Notes under the pieces: generated by a model
Told to the model about the DNA's origin: nothing
Database searches by the model: none
Seen by the model: the letters and a program-made list of their open reading frames with translations, nothing else
Origin: Acidimicrobiales bacterium
Lineage (GTDB): Bacteria; Actinomycetota; Acidimicrobiia; Acidimicrobiales; CATQHL01
Assembly: GCA_965206165.1 (NCBI GenBank)
Contig: OZ242194.1
Span: 1,845,813 to 1,909,812, forward strand
Direction of reading: 5' to 3'
DNA length: 64,000 bases
Program-made: the position numbers and the translations under genes
Shown: positions 55,261-64,000 of the stretch, one piece after another
Position numbering within the stretch: position 1 is the stretch's first letter
How the letters are laid out: each line of letters opens with the position of its first letter

Positions 55261-57216
55261 GTGATGAAGAACATGCGACCCAAGCAGGCATGCGGCCTAC
55301 TGCGTCGCATCTTCGGAGTCGGAGCACGCGCACGGAGTTCCCGGCCGGCGCGCAAGCTGATGCTGGCGGCCCTTGTGCTTGCCGTCGCGACCTTCGGGGT
55401 CGTCCCCGCGGTCGCGCAGGCTCAACAAGACGGCGCCATCAGCGCCCTGACGCTGACCAGCGACACCCCCGGCACCCTCGACGTGTCCTGGGTCGCGCCC
55501 ACCGGCGCGGCGCCGACCGACTACCGGGTCAACTGGGCGCGCTCCGACGAGGACTATCCGTCATGGACCGACGACACCGCCAACCTCCACCCGACAACCA
55601 CGTCGCAGCAGCTGACCGACCTCGACGAAGGCGTCGAGTACAAGGTCCGGGTGCGGGCCCGCTACCACGACGGCGCCGACGCCGAGAACCCCTGGAGCGG
55701 ACCCTGGGCCGAGGCAACCCGACAGGTCGCCGCCCAGCCGGTTGTGCAGGTCCAGCAAGACGACGGCGCCATCAGCGCTCTGGCGCTGAGGAGCGACACC
55801 CCCGGCGTCCTCGACGTGTCCTGGGTCGCGCCCACCGGCGCGGCGCCGACCGACTACCGGGTCAACTGGGCGCGCTCCGACGAGGACTATCCGTCATGGA
55901 CCGACGACACCGCCAACCTCCACCCGACAACCACGTCGCAGCAGCTGACCGACCTCGACGAAGACGTCGAGTACAAGGTCCGGGTGCGGGCCCGCTACCA
56001 CGACGGCCCCTGGAGCGGACCCTGGGCCGAAGCAACCCGACAGGTCGCCGCCCAGCCGCCACCGGGCGCCCGCTCCGACGACCCGCCGATCACGCTGGAA
56101 CCACCCAAACTCGCCGTCATCGAACCCGACACCGACGACCCCGACGACCCGCCGGTGGCGCTGCAGCAGGGCGACGGATCGGTCATCGAACTCGACACCG
56201 ACGAACCCGACGACCCGCCGGTCACGCTGGAACCACCCCAGCTCACCGTCATCGAACCCGACACCGACGACCCGCTGGTGGCGCTGCAACAGAGCGACGG
56301 AACGGTCAGCGAACCCGCCGACGGCGACCTGCCCGCCGACACCACCACCACCGGCGTCCTGATCGTCGACGGCAACGGCGTGACCGGCCGACACACCGAC
56401 AACGTGACAGACCGAAACCTCGACAGCGACGGCAACCGACATCACTTCATCAGTCCTCACATATACTCCGCCGAGGACGTCGACTGGTACGCCGTCGACC
56501 TCCAAGCCGACGCCTTCTACCAGTTCGACGTCAAGCACGACGGGGGCAATCTGCCGGTGTACCGCCTGAGGATCTACGACAGCGCGGGGAATCCGGTCAT
56601 GGTCACCGTGGGAACAGGGATGAATGAGAGGCAGGTAGCGATAAACAATACCTACGGACTAGGAGGGAATCGGCAGTCGCATTCCGATCTATTAAACGCG
56701 CTGCCGTTCGCGGCAAGTACGGCCGGCAGGTACTACGTGTCCATATCGGCCCCGAAGGGCGGCATAGCCCCCCATCGTGTGTACACCCTGTCCGTGCAGG
56801 CCGACGACTACTCGGACAGCAGCACAGACACCACAGCCGTCGTCGCGGTCGGCGGAAGCATCCGCACCTACATCATGCGCACCGAGACGAACGCCAGCAG
56901 CACAAGCACCACAGACCTCGACACGATCAAGGTCGCGCTGCAAGCGAACACCCGGTATCGGTTCGTGTGGGACGTGGCCTGCCTCCACGAAGGCATGATC
57001 CCCAGCATCTTCGGCCCCACCGGCGTAATCCCAGTGGCAGCGTCAATTTCGCGCGAAACGGACGGTTGGTGTACCGACCTCACCTACGAATTCACACCGC
57101 TCCTCGGCGGGGACTACTTCATTGTCGTCACCGCCAGAGGGTCCGACTTCCCCGGCGCGTCCCGCTACCCGTTCAAGGGCGTCTGGGGCACCCTCACGGT
57201 CGAGCGCATCTCCTAG
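55261..57216 (+). CDS. Secreted fibronectin type III repeat protein with acidic linker and PPC-like C-terminal domains
   Basis: Signal peptide ..PAVAQA; two FN3 units (W..P..DYRVNW...L..GVEYKVRVRARY..WSGPW); DLPADTTTTG, DVDWYAVDL, GRYYVS, DDY. Confidence 0.85.
   Translation: MMKNMRPKQACGLLRRIFGVGARARSSRPARKLMLAALVLAVATFGVVPAVAQAQQDGAISALTLTSDTPGTLDVSWVAPTGAAPTDYRVNWARSDEDYPSWTDDTANLHPTTTSQQLTDLDEGVEYKVRVRARYHDGADAENPWSGPWAEATRQVAAQPVVQVQQDDGAISALALRSDTPGVLDVSWVAPTGAAPTDYRVNWARSDEDYPSWTDDTANLHPTTTSQQLTDLDEDVEYKVRVRARYHDGPWSGPWAEATRQVAAQPPPGARSDDPPITLEPPKLAVIEPDTDDPDDPPVALQQGDGSVIELDTDEPDDPPVTLEPPQLTVIEPDTDDPLVALQQSDGTVSEPADGDLPADTTTTGVLIVDGNGVTGRHTDNVTDRNLDSDGNRHHFISPHIYSAEDVDWYAVDLQADAFYQFDVKHDGGNLPVYRLRIYDSAGNPVMVTVGTGMNERQVAINNTYGLGGNRQSHSDLLNALPFAASTAGRYYVSISAPKGGIAPHRVYTLSVQADDYSDSSTDTTAVVAVGGSIRTYIMRTETNASSTSTTDLDTIKVALQANTRYRFVWDVACLHEGMIPSIFGPTGVIPVAASISRETDGWCTDLTYEFTPLLGGDYFIVVTARGSDFPGASRYPFKGVWGTLTVERIS
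55429..56058 (+). repeat. Near-identical FN3-coding direct repeats (55429-55740 and 55762-56058)
   Basis: Long identical runs; copy 2 lacks 15 nt. Shorter repeats start at 56077 and 56209. Confidence 0.9.
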
Positions 57217-57312
57217 TCGCAGAACCACCTTGCGCCCGCCGCGCGGCGCGACCCGCCGGCGAGCGCAAGGTGGGCGCGACCCCCACCGCGGAGCTATGAG
57301 CGACCGGTTGGG

Positions 57313-58299
57313 TCAGCGGGCGCGCCCTAACGAGAAGGTGATCGCCGACTCGACGTGCTCAATCGTCCGGGTCAGGGCCTGACCGATCAGATCCATCTGG
57401 CGTACCTGCGCGACGCGGGGCAGCGCCCTACTGAGTTCCTGCCCTGACAGCAACTCCTTGAGGATGCCGCATGCTTGGGCCAGGCAGATGATCATCACAT
57501 CACGCGGGTCCGCCGGCGCCGGGCGTAGGGCGACGACCCGGCTGGCGGCCTCGGTCGCCGCCGCGGCGGCGACCTCCACCAGCGCCCGCGTCACGTCGGT
57601 CGACGCCACGCACGCGCACAACTCGGCGGCGCCGGAGAGGACCGCGGCGCATGCCTCGGCGTGCACGGTCCGGTCGCTGCGGCCCCGCCCGGCGCGGCCA
57701 CACGCGCCACGAGAGTCCCCGAAGGCAACCCAGCGGCCGATCATGGCGCCGACGCCTGGGCAGCTTCGGCGTCGGCGGAGGCTGACCACGATGCCGTGCA
57801 CGGTGCTCGTCCACCAGCGGCCCTCGCGGGGCGTCGGGATCTCCTCGGCGATGAGGCGGTCGGCGATGCGCTGCAGGGTGGCGCCGCCGGCGCGCATGTC
57901 CCCCACGATGCGCCGAGCCTCAGGGGAGTGCTCGATCGGCCGGCCGAAGCGGGCGCCCCGCGCCTTCGCCGCCACCATCGCTTCTCGGGTACGCGCCCCG
58001 ATCAGACGCCTCTCGTACGGGGCGACCGACGCCAACAGGCCGGCGGTCAACTCGCCGCTGTCGGTGGACAGGTCGAAGCCCTCGGCCACCACCACGATCG
58101 CCCAACCACGGCGCCGTGAACGCTCCACCAACTCGGCCCACGCCAGCAGGCTGCGGGTGACCCGATCCAGGCGGGCCACCACCAGAGCGGCGGCCGCGCC
58201 GGCGGCGTCGAACTGCGCGGCGATGCGCAGGCCCTCGTCGGCCTGGTCCTCGGTGGACACGCGGGCGTAAGCGAACGCCTGGCCGGGTGGGCCGCTCAC
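57313..58299 (-). pseudogene. Serine recombinase (resolvase-type), degenerate
   Basis: YARVSTEDQ, LVVARLDRVTRS, ERRLIGARTRE, GARFGRP, HTH; the D..SG segment is deleted; the 3' third appears to be an unrelated fused ORF. Confidence 0.75.
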
Positions 58300-58306
58300 A
58301 CCCCCA

Positions 58307-58338
58307 TTTTCACACGATGGGAACCCATCATGTGAAAA
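58307..58338. other. 15-bp inverted repeat around a 2-bp core, possible res/crossover or operator site
   Basis: TTTTCACACGATGGG-AA-CCCATCATGTGAAAA (1 mismatch) immediately upstream of the recombinase start. Confidence 0.5.
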
Positions 58339-58384
58339 CGCCTATCCCCGGACCTCAGCCACCCTCCGGACAGCGCGATAAAGA

Positions 58385-58546
58385 GCCAAAGAGACCCTCC
58401 GCGGCCTCTATGACATCGACTGCCCCAACTCGCCGACGGCTACCTCGGCGGACTCGTTGACGACTTGCGCGACGCCGACTGCCCGCCCGAGCTGCGCCGC
58501 CTGGGCCGCTGGCACACCCAAATCGGCAACTGGCACCACGCCCGTG
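58385..58546 (+). mobile_element. ISL3 transposase fragment, inverted relative to the 51.4-52.5 kb copy
   Basis: GCCAAAGAGACCCTCCGCGGCCTCTATGACATCGACTG and GACGCCGACTGCCCGCCCGAGCTGCGCCGCCTGGGCCGC match the reverse complement of about 51530-51700. Confidence 0.8.
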
Positions 58547-58641
58547 AACCGCCGAAGGCAAAACCCCCCGAGAAGCCCAACGCTGCCTCAAACGCTACAT
58601 CGCCCGCCAGATCTACCGCCTCCTCCAACACCGCAAAATCA

Positions 58642-59996
58642 GGTCCTTCGCGAATACGTGGGTTGGGGGTGTAGCTGAGGGTCCCTGAGGGGGGTTCGAG
58701 GCCCTGCTGGAATCGGTGATTGTCACACCGCCGAGCCAGGAGGGCCTCGATGAGTTTGGATGTTATGCGGGTGCGGCTGCACCTGCGTGGAGTGCGCGTG
58801 TTGGAGGTGGTGGCGGACTCGCCGGGCCGTTTGGAGGTGGCGGTCGAGGCGGCGTGGTCGTCGTCGCGGTGCCCGTTCTGCGGGTTCAAGTGCCGCCGGG
58901 TGCATGATCGGCGCGTCAAGCGGGTCTGGGATCAGCCGGTGTCGGGGCGGGAGACGGTGTTGTTGTGGCGGCGCCGGCGGTGGCGTTGCGAGAACTGCTC
59001 TGGACGCCATTTGGAGGACCATCCGGAGTTCGAGGGCAAGGTGACGCGGCGCTTGGCGCGGCGGTTGGTGGGCGATGTGGCGGTGATGCCGATCAGCGCG
59101 GCGGCGCGCCGCGCTGGGGTGAGCTGGCACCTCGTGAACGATCTGGTCCGGGCGTGGGCGGCGCTGGTAGGCGCGCACCGCCGCCGGCGACCGTGCCGGG
59201 TGCTGTTGGTCGATGAGACGTCGATGCGCCGTCGACATCGCTATGTGACCGTGATCGTCTCAGGCGACACCGGTGAGCTGTTGGCCATGGTGCCGCACCG
59301 GTCCGCTGAGGCGCTGAGCAGGTTCTTCGCCGCTCAGGGACATCGCTGGTGCGCCGGCGTGAAGGTCGTCGTCACCGACGGCTCGAAGGCCTACAAGGCC
59401 GCGGTGGACCGCCACCTGGGCCACGCCACCCACGTGCTGGACCGCTTCCACGTCATCGGCTGGTTCGCCGCCGGGCTCACCGCGGTGCGCCGCGACGTCC
59501 AACGCCGCCAACCCGCCGGCGTCACACCGGCGTTCGACCCGGCGGTGTTCCGGGCGCGGTTCTTGCTGCTGCGCCGCCCCGACCGCCTCGACGACGCCCA
59601 ACGCGCCCGGCTCGACGGACTGTTCGAGGCTCACCCCCGCCTGCGCGCCGCCTGGGAGGCGCTCGGCGAACTGCACGGCCTGTACCTCGCCGACGACGAA
59701 GCCGGCGCCCTCGCCGCCCTGGACAGGTTCACCGATCTCTACCAGACCGGCGACCTGCCCGAGTTCTACAAGATCGTCAACACGCTGCTCGCCGCCATGC
59801 CCCGCATCCTCGCCTGGCACACCGCCGGGCGGCCCAGCAACGGCCGCATCGAGGGCACCAACAACCTCCTCCAAGTCCTACGCCGCACCGCCCACGGCTT
59901 CACCAACCCCCACAACTTCGCCGCCCGCGCACTCCTCGTGACATGATCACCCAACCGACACCAACAGACCCAAAACCCACGTTTCCGCGAAGCCTC
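58642..59996 (+). mobile_element. Complete ISL3-family insertion sequence with 8-bp target duplication
   Basis: Imperfect IRs GGTCCTTCGCGAATACGTGGGTT / AACCCACGTTTCCGCGAAGCCTC; TSD CAAAATCA at 58634-58641 and 59997-60004. Confidence 0.9.
58750..59946 (+). CDS. ISL3-family transposase
   Basis: CPFCG..CENC zinc finger, LVDET, TDGSKAY, DRFHV, SNGRIEGTNN. Confidence 0.92.
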   Translation: MSLDVMRVRLHLRGVRVLEVVADSPGRLEVAVEAAWSSSRCPFCGFKCRRVHDRRVKRVWDQPVSGRETVLLWRRRRWRCENCSGRHLEDHPEFEGKVTRRLARRLVGDVAVMPISAAARRAGVSWHLVNDLVRAWAALVGAHRRRRPCRVLLVDETSMRRRHRYVTVIVSGDTGELLAMVPHRSAEALSRFFAAQGHRWCAGVKVVVTDGSKAYKAAVDRHLGHATHVLDRFHVIGWFAAGLTAVRRDVQRRQPAGVTPAFDPAVFRARFLLLRRPDRLDDAQRARLDGLFEAHPRLRAAWEALGELHGLYLADDEAGALAALDRFTDLYQTGDLPEFYKIVNTLLAAMPRILAWHTAGRPSNGRIEGTNNLLQVLRRTAHGFTNPHNFAARALLVT

Positions 59997-60113
59997 CAAA
60001 ATCAACACTTGACAAACATAGAAGCATCGTTTTCGCGAAGGGCCTCACTCTTGCTCGCTTTGCGAGGCACGGTTGATCGGTTGTGTCACAGGGTGGGGCG
60101 GTAGGATGCCGAC

Positions 60114-61010
60114 ATGAGAGACGGGTTCGACTCAGTAGAGTTCGTCAAGGACCTGGGAGATGAGCTTGTCAGGTCGTTTGGCCGAGCGCGGAACCAAGCT
60201 ACGACTCCTGGGTTAGTCGGCGGCGCTATCGAGAAGCCCGTCCGAACGAAGTTCGAGCAGATTCTTCCCCGAGGCATCGCTGTGGCTTCAGGGTGTGTGA
60301 TCGATACCACAGGCGGAACGAGCCGTCAGATAGATGTGGTCATGTATGAACGAGATATCTGCCCGAGGTTCTCCGTGAACGACACACCTGAGTCAACATA
60401 CTTCCCGTGTGAGGGTGTCATCGCGGCAGGGGAAGTCAAAAGCAGGGTCGGTGCGAAGGAACTGCGAGATGCATTCGAGAAGATCGCTTCTGTCAAGCGG
60501 CTCACACGAAAGATGCACAAGGTTCCGCTCCCGTTTCCGACCGCGGATTCCCCCACCCGTGTGTTTAGGCAAACTAAACGAAATTACGGCGCAGTTTCAG
60601 CAGGGGACATCCCTCAATACTCAGGAGACTACAACGCCAACCAACCCAGTGAAGATGTATTGGGGTTCATATTGACAAGTGATCTCACTATGTCTCCTGA
60701 CACGGCATTTGACCATTACACGAGCTTGTTTGCAGAATTCGGAGCAGCTAGTCCCGATATACTCGTCAGCCTGGATGGCACCATCATTCATGGCTTCAAA
60801 CAGGAGAATGATGGGTCAATAAGGCCAACGCTCTTCATCAGGGACCACACGAGGATCGTCGCCAAGACGCTAGGTAGTCCCTTTGCCCACCTCGTCGCGT
60901 GGATATATACAGCCTATCATTCCATCAAGACGGCAGAGATCGAAGTGTTCCGACGGTATTTTGCTGATGAGGCATCGGACTCAGGCGAAGTGCTCGGATT
61001 GCGTCCCTAG
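60114..61010 (+). CDS. DUF6602-like PD-(D/E)xK nuclease-fold protein
   Basis: E...ILP..G.VID..SRQIDVVMYE...PCEGVIAAGEVKS; markedly lower GC; TAGGAT-N6-ATG. Confidence 0.72.
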   Translation: MRDGFDSVEFVKDLGDELVRSFGRARNQATTPGLVGGAIEKPVRTKFEQILPRGIAVASGCVIDTTGGTSRQIDVVMYERDICPRFSVNDTPESTYFPCEGVIAAGEVKSRVGAKELRDAFEKIASVKRLTRKMHKVPLPFPTADSPTRVFRQTKRNYGAVSAGDIPQYSGDYNANQPSEDVLGFILTSDLTMSPDTAFDHYTSLFAEFGAASPDILVSLDGTIIHGFKQENDGSIRPTLFIRDHTRIVAKTLGSPFAHLVAWIYTAYHSIKTAEIEVFRRYFADEASDSGEVLGLRP

Positions 61011-61082
61011 TTGAGCTTCTATGTCAAGGATGGGGTGAGTTGGGGCTCGGTGGGGTGGTGTTGGAGGTGGATCCTGTCCCGT

Positions 61083-61257
61083 GATGCTCCTATAGGTGTC
61101 AAGCGGCGTGTTGGGTGAGCCAGTTCTGGTAGCGGGTGGCGAGGGTGTGGTTGTGGTGGTTGCCGCGTTCGAGCGCTGAGATGCGTCCGGGGTGGGTGTC
61201 GAGTGCTTGTGCGGTGGTGGTGAGGGTGATGTTGGCCTGGTGGCGTTGTTGGCGCAG
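61083..61257 (-). mobile_element. Second IS110-family 3' remnant (C-terminal HTH + end motif)
   Basis: LRQQRHQANITLTTTAQALDTHPGRISALERG...YQNWLTQHAA* followed by TTGACACCTATAGGAGCATC. Confidence 0.7.
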
Positions 61258-62556
61258 TGTCCCGAGTCACGAAATCTTGCTCAGGTCTAGGTTGGGTCTG
61301 ATGCAAGGAGATGCTGATGTCCAAACCGTCCCAGAATCACTACAGTTGTAGGTGTCGGTGAAGGCGTCGACGTGGTCGGCGAGGTCGATGCCGTTGGCGA
61401 TGTCGTGGCGGTAGAGGTGTTCGTATTTGATGGCTTCGAAGAAGCGCTCGATCATTCCGTTGGTCCACGGCGCGCGCCGGCGGGTGCGGATGTGGGTGAT
61501 GTGACGCTTGGCGGCGACCCAGGCGGCGAAGCGCGCCGACGTGAAGCAGGACCCGTTGTCGGTGACGAGCCGCAAGGTGGCGATCTCGCCGGTGGCGGGG
61601 TCGGTGAGGTCTTCGACCCAGGTGACGCCGAGGAGGGTCTCGACTTCGGCGAGGGCGGTTTCGAAGACGGAAATGGCGTCGCTGGTGGTCTTGCGGACAG
61701 TGACCACACAGGCCAGGTTGACCTTGGCCCAGTAGTCCACGACGGCGCCGAGGTTCCAGGTGCCCCCAGCGGCGGTCTCGTATTCGGAGAAGTCGGCCTG
61801 CCACAGCGGTTGCGCCGTGCTGGCGGGCAGATGAACGCCTCGCGACGCGCCCCGGCGGCCTGGCGCACGTCACCGGTGTAGTGCGCCGGCAGGCACAGGC
61901 TGTTGCGGGCCAAGACCCGGTACATCGTCGAATCCGACACCGACCCGGGGGCGATGTCGTCGACGCCGACGCGCTTCAGCGCGGCGAGCTTGCGGTGCCC
62001 CCACCCCTCCCAGGCCGCCGCCAGCGCCTTCGCGTCCGCCTCGACTGTGTCTTGGGCCGGCGTGGACCGCGGGCCCATCGACGAGCTGGAAGCGGCCCGC
62101 CACCGATACCACGTCGCCCGACCGATACCCGTCACCGCGCAGAACGTCGTGACCGTCACGTCGGCCTTGGCCCGTTCCGCCTCGAGAGCGTCGAAGCTGA
62201 GTGCAGCGAGCCCCCCTTTTTCCAAAGCCGCAACTCCATGTGGGCTTCACCCAGCGCTGTGTTCAGCTCCTCGATCTCGACCGCCAGCTGCTGCTCCCGA
62301 CCCGAGAGCCCCCGACGGGCGCCGGCCTCCAGCGCCTGCTGGCCGCCGGCGAGGAACAAATCACGCCACTTCGAGATCGACACACCAGAGGTGCCCTCGC
62401 GCCGGGCGGCCGCCGCGATCGAGATCTCACCACGCAGCACCGCCAACACGATCCGGACCTTGTCCTCAGCGGACTTCGAAGGCGGCTTGCCCATCAGTGA
62501 TCTCCTTCAGGTCAACACCAGACCATGACCTGTCTCAGAAACTTTGACACGCGCCA
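61258..62556 (-). mobile_element. IS3-family element, degenerate (orfA 62156-62494; orfB frameshifted and 3'-shortened)
   Basis: TG..CA ends with imperfect IRs; orfA HTH; GAAAAAGGGGGG junction; WGHRK, TDNG, NGMIERFFEAIKYE split over two frames. Confidence 0.85.
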
Positions 62557-63277
62557 TGTGTGTCCGCGGGGCGGGTGTTGGCGCTGAGGGCGAGGTTGTA
62601 GATGACTGCTTGGGCGGGCGCTGCGATGGCGCGGGGTGTTCTGCTGAGCGACCGGCGCGTTCCGGCGAGTAGGGCTCCGTTGTGGCGTAGCCGGGAGTTG
62701 GACTTGGCGAGATGTCGCCCTGTGGTGCACGCCCATTCGTGGGCGCAATGTGGCAAGCGAGGACGAACCGCCCTCACCGAATCCGCGACTTGGTCCACTC
62801 GCCGCCCCAGTGACGGCCGACGTGTCGTCCAAGGTGATCGTGAACCACTATGGCTCCGCCGAGGTAGACGCCTACTCGATACACATTCAGCAGCGGGCGG
62901 CTCCACCGCCTTGGCCCGCCGCGTGGCGAAGCGCATCGTCAACCGGGCCTACGTCGGACCACTGCCGGTGGGCCTAGAGCGGGACGACCCCGCCTACGGC
63001 TTCCCCGCAACCCGGCGGACAACTGCGAAGGCGTCGATGCCTTCGTCGAAAGGCGCAACCCTTCTGGACCGGCGGGTATCCGCCTCCTTCGGCTCCCAGC
63101 CTCATCTGCACTGCCGCCCGGCAGTGGAGCTTCGGTCCGGTGGGCCTGCGATACCACGAGTGTCGCGGGCGGCGCGTGCCCAGCGCTTCCTAGCCTAAGA
63201 CCGCCTCCCGTCGGCCCGGCCGGTTCTGGAGGGGAGATATGTAGCAAGCGGTACGCAGGATATGTATACTTGCTCCC

Positions 63278-63508
63278 ATGAAGGCGGTGACGATCACGAT
63301 TCCCGAGGAGTTGGACAGCGAGGCTGCGGCTGAAGCGCGACGGCTCGGGATTTCGAAGTCTGAGTTGATCCGGCGGGGTTTGGCAGCTGTCCTGCCCGCC
63401 GAGCGGCCTGATGCGGGTGCTGATCCGTGGATCGACCTAGCCGGGTTTGGCGGTGAGGGACTTAGCGTGGAGGCGGGCGAGATTGACGCGGTCGTCTACG
63501 GCTCGTGA
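63278..63508 (+). CDS. vapB: VapB-type RHH/CopG antitoxin
   Basis: MKAVTITIPEELD..EARRLGISKSELIR; DP..G..IDAVVYG tail; TATACT-N7-ATG. Confidence 0.88.
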   Translation: MKAVTITIPEELDSEAAAEARRLGISKSELIRRGLAAVLPAERPDAGADPWIDLAGFGGEGLSVEAGEIDAVVYGS

Positions 63509-63915
63509 AGTTCGCTGACACGAGTTGGTGGGTGGCCTGGGCCCTGCCCAGCGACGCCCGCCATCCCGAGGCGCTGGAGGTACTCGCCCGAGTCGGCTCC
63601 GGTGAGCAGGTGCTCTCGACGAATCTGGTTCTTGGCGAGACCTGGACTTTCCTGCGCCGCAAGGACAGTCACCGCACGGCGGTCGGTTTCCTGGATCGCG
63701 TCGCCGTGCTCGGGTCGGAGCGCAAGCTGGTTGTTCACGCTGTGACTGGCGAGCAGGAGTCCAAGGCGTGGGCCTGGTTGCGCCGCCGCGACGAGCGGGA
63801 GTACTCCTTTGTCGATGCGACGAGTTTCGAGGTGATGCGGGCGCGGCGCCTCCGCGAGGTCTTGGCGTTCGACAACGATTTCGCGGCGGCGGGTTTCATT
63901 GAGATGCGCCCGTGA
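63505..63915 (+). CDS. vapC: VapC PIN-domain toxin (VapC20-like)
   Basis: FADTS, VLGETWT, EREYSFVDATSF, AFDNDF; GTGA overlap with the antitoxin. Confidence 0.92.
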   Translation: MKFADTSWWVAWALPSDARHPEALEVLARVGSGEQVLSTNLVLGETWTFLRRKDSHRTAVGFLDRVAVLGSERKLVVHAVTGEQESKAWAWLRRRDEREYSFVDATSFEVMRARRLREVLAFDNDFAAAGFIEMRP

Positions 63916-64000
63916 GCGTACCGACGGATCAGATTGAGCGATTCGTCTATGACAAACTGTCGGTGCCGCTCTGGGTGACCGTCGGGTTCGACCAGTGTGG

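Larger units (their letters stand above)
58548..60028 (+). mobile_element. IS110-family 3' remnant interrupted by ISL3
   Basis: Removing the ISL3 restores AEGKTPREAQRCLKRYIARQIYRLLQHRKINT*, followed by TTGACAAACATAGAAGCATC (60009-60028). Confidence 0.75.

Noticed and set aside
55429-56310. CRISPR array or DGR TR/VR pair
   Set aside because: The repeats are in-frame protein repeats without unique spacers; no cas or RT gene; differences are not adenine-specific.
62557-63200. Possible gene fragments between IS3 and vapB
   Set aside because: No frame gives a recognisable protein; probably eroded mobile DNA.

Overview
High-GC actinobacterial chromosome segment. Gene content (Mca, leaderless TANNNT starts, FN3-repeat secreted protein) suggests Acidimicrobiia, possibly host- or sponge-associated; this is inference. 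Positions 1-42 kb are mostly metabolic and core genes: an acyl-CoA dehydrogenase; a cupin-creatininase-GMC oxidoreductase-Mo-hydroxylase operon ending in a frameshifted UrtR-type MarR; aceE; rnhA; hydantoinase A/B; an inositol/rhizopine-type operon with a MocD-MocE fusion; MgtE plus a PhoU/TrkA-C protein; mca; a CxxU selenoprotein that the ORF track splits; ilvD and ilvBNC; and a thiolase. The 42-50 kb stretch holds the most striking locus, a two-gene operon. One gene encodes a 1771-aa DEDDh exonuclease-DinG helicase-RecQ helicase fusion. The other encodes a 590-aa SF1/UvrD-like helicase with a degenerate NERD-like domain. The pair is a candidate undescribed defence or repair system and sits between two identically built PafBC-like promoters. 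After tRNA-Leu(TAA) at 50567 a decaying island follows: a phage portal remnant, nested ISL3/IS110/IS3 elements, a two-component system facing an FN3-repeat gene, a serine recombinase remnant, a DUF6602-like nuclease and a VapBC20-like toxin-antitoxin pair. A candidate three-hairpin sRNA lies at about 18.9 kb. Family calls come from motif recognition only; no database search was run.
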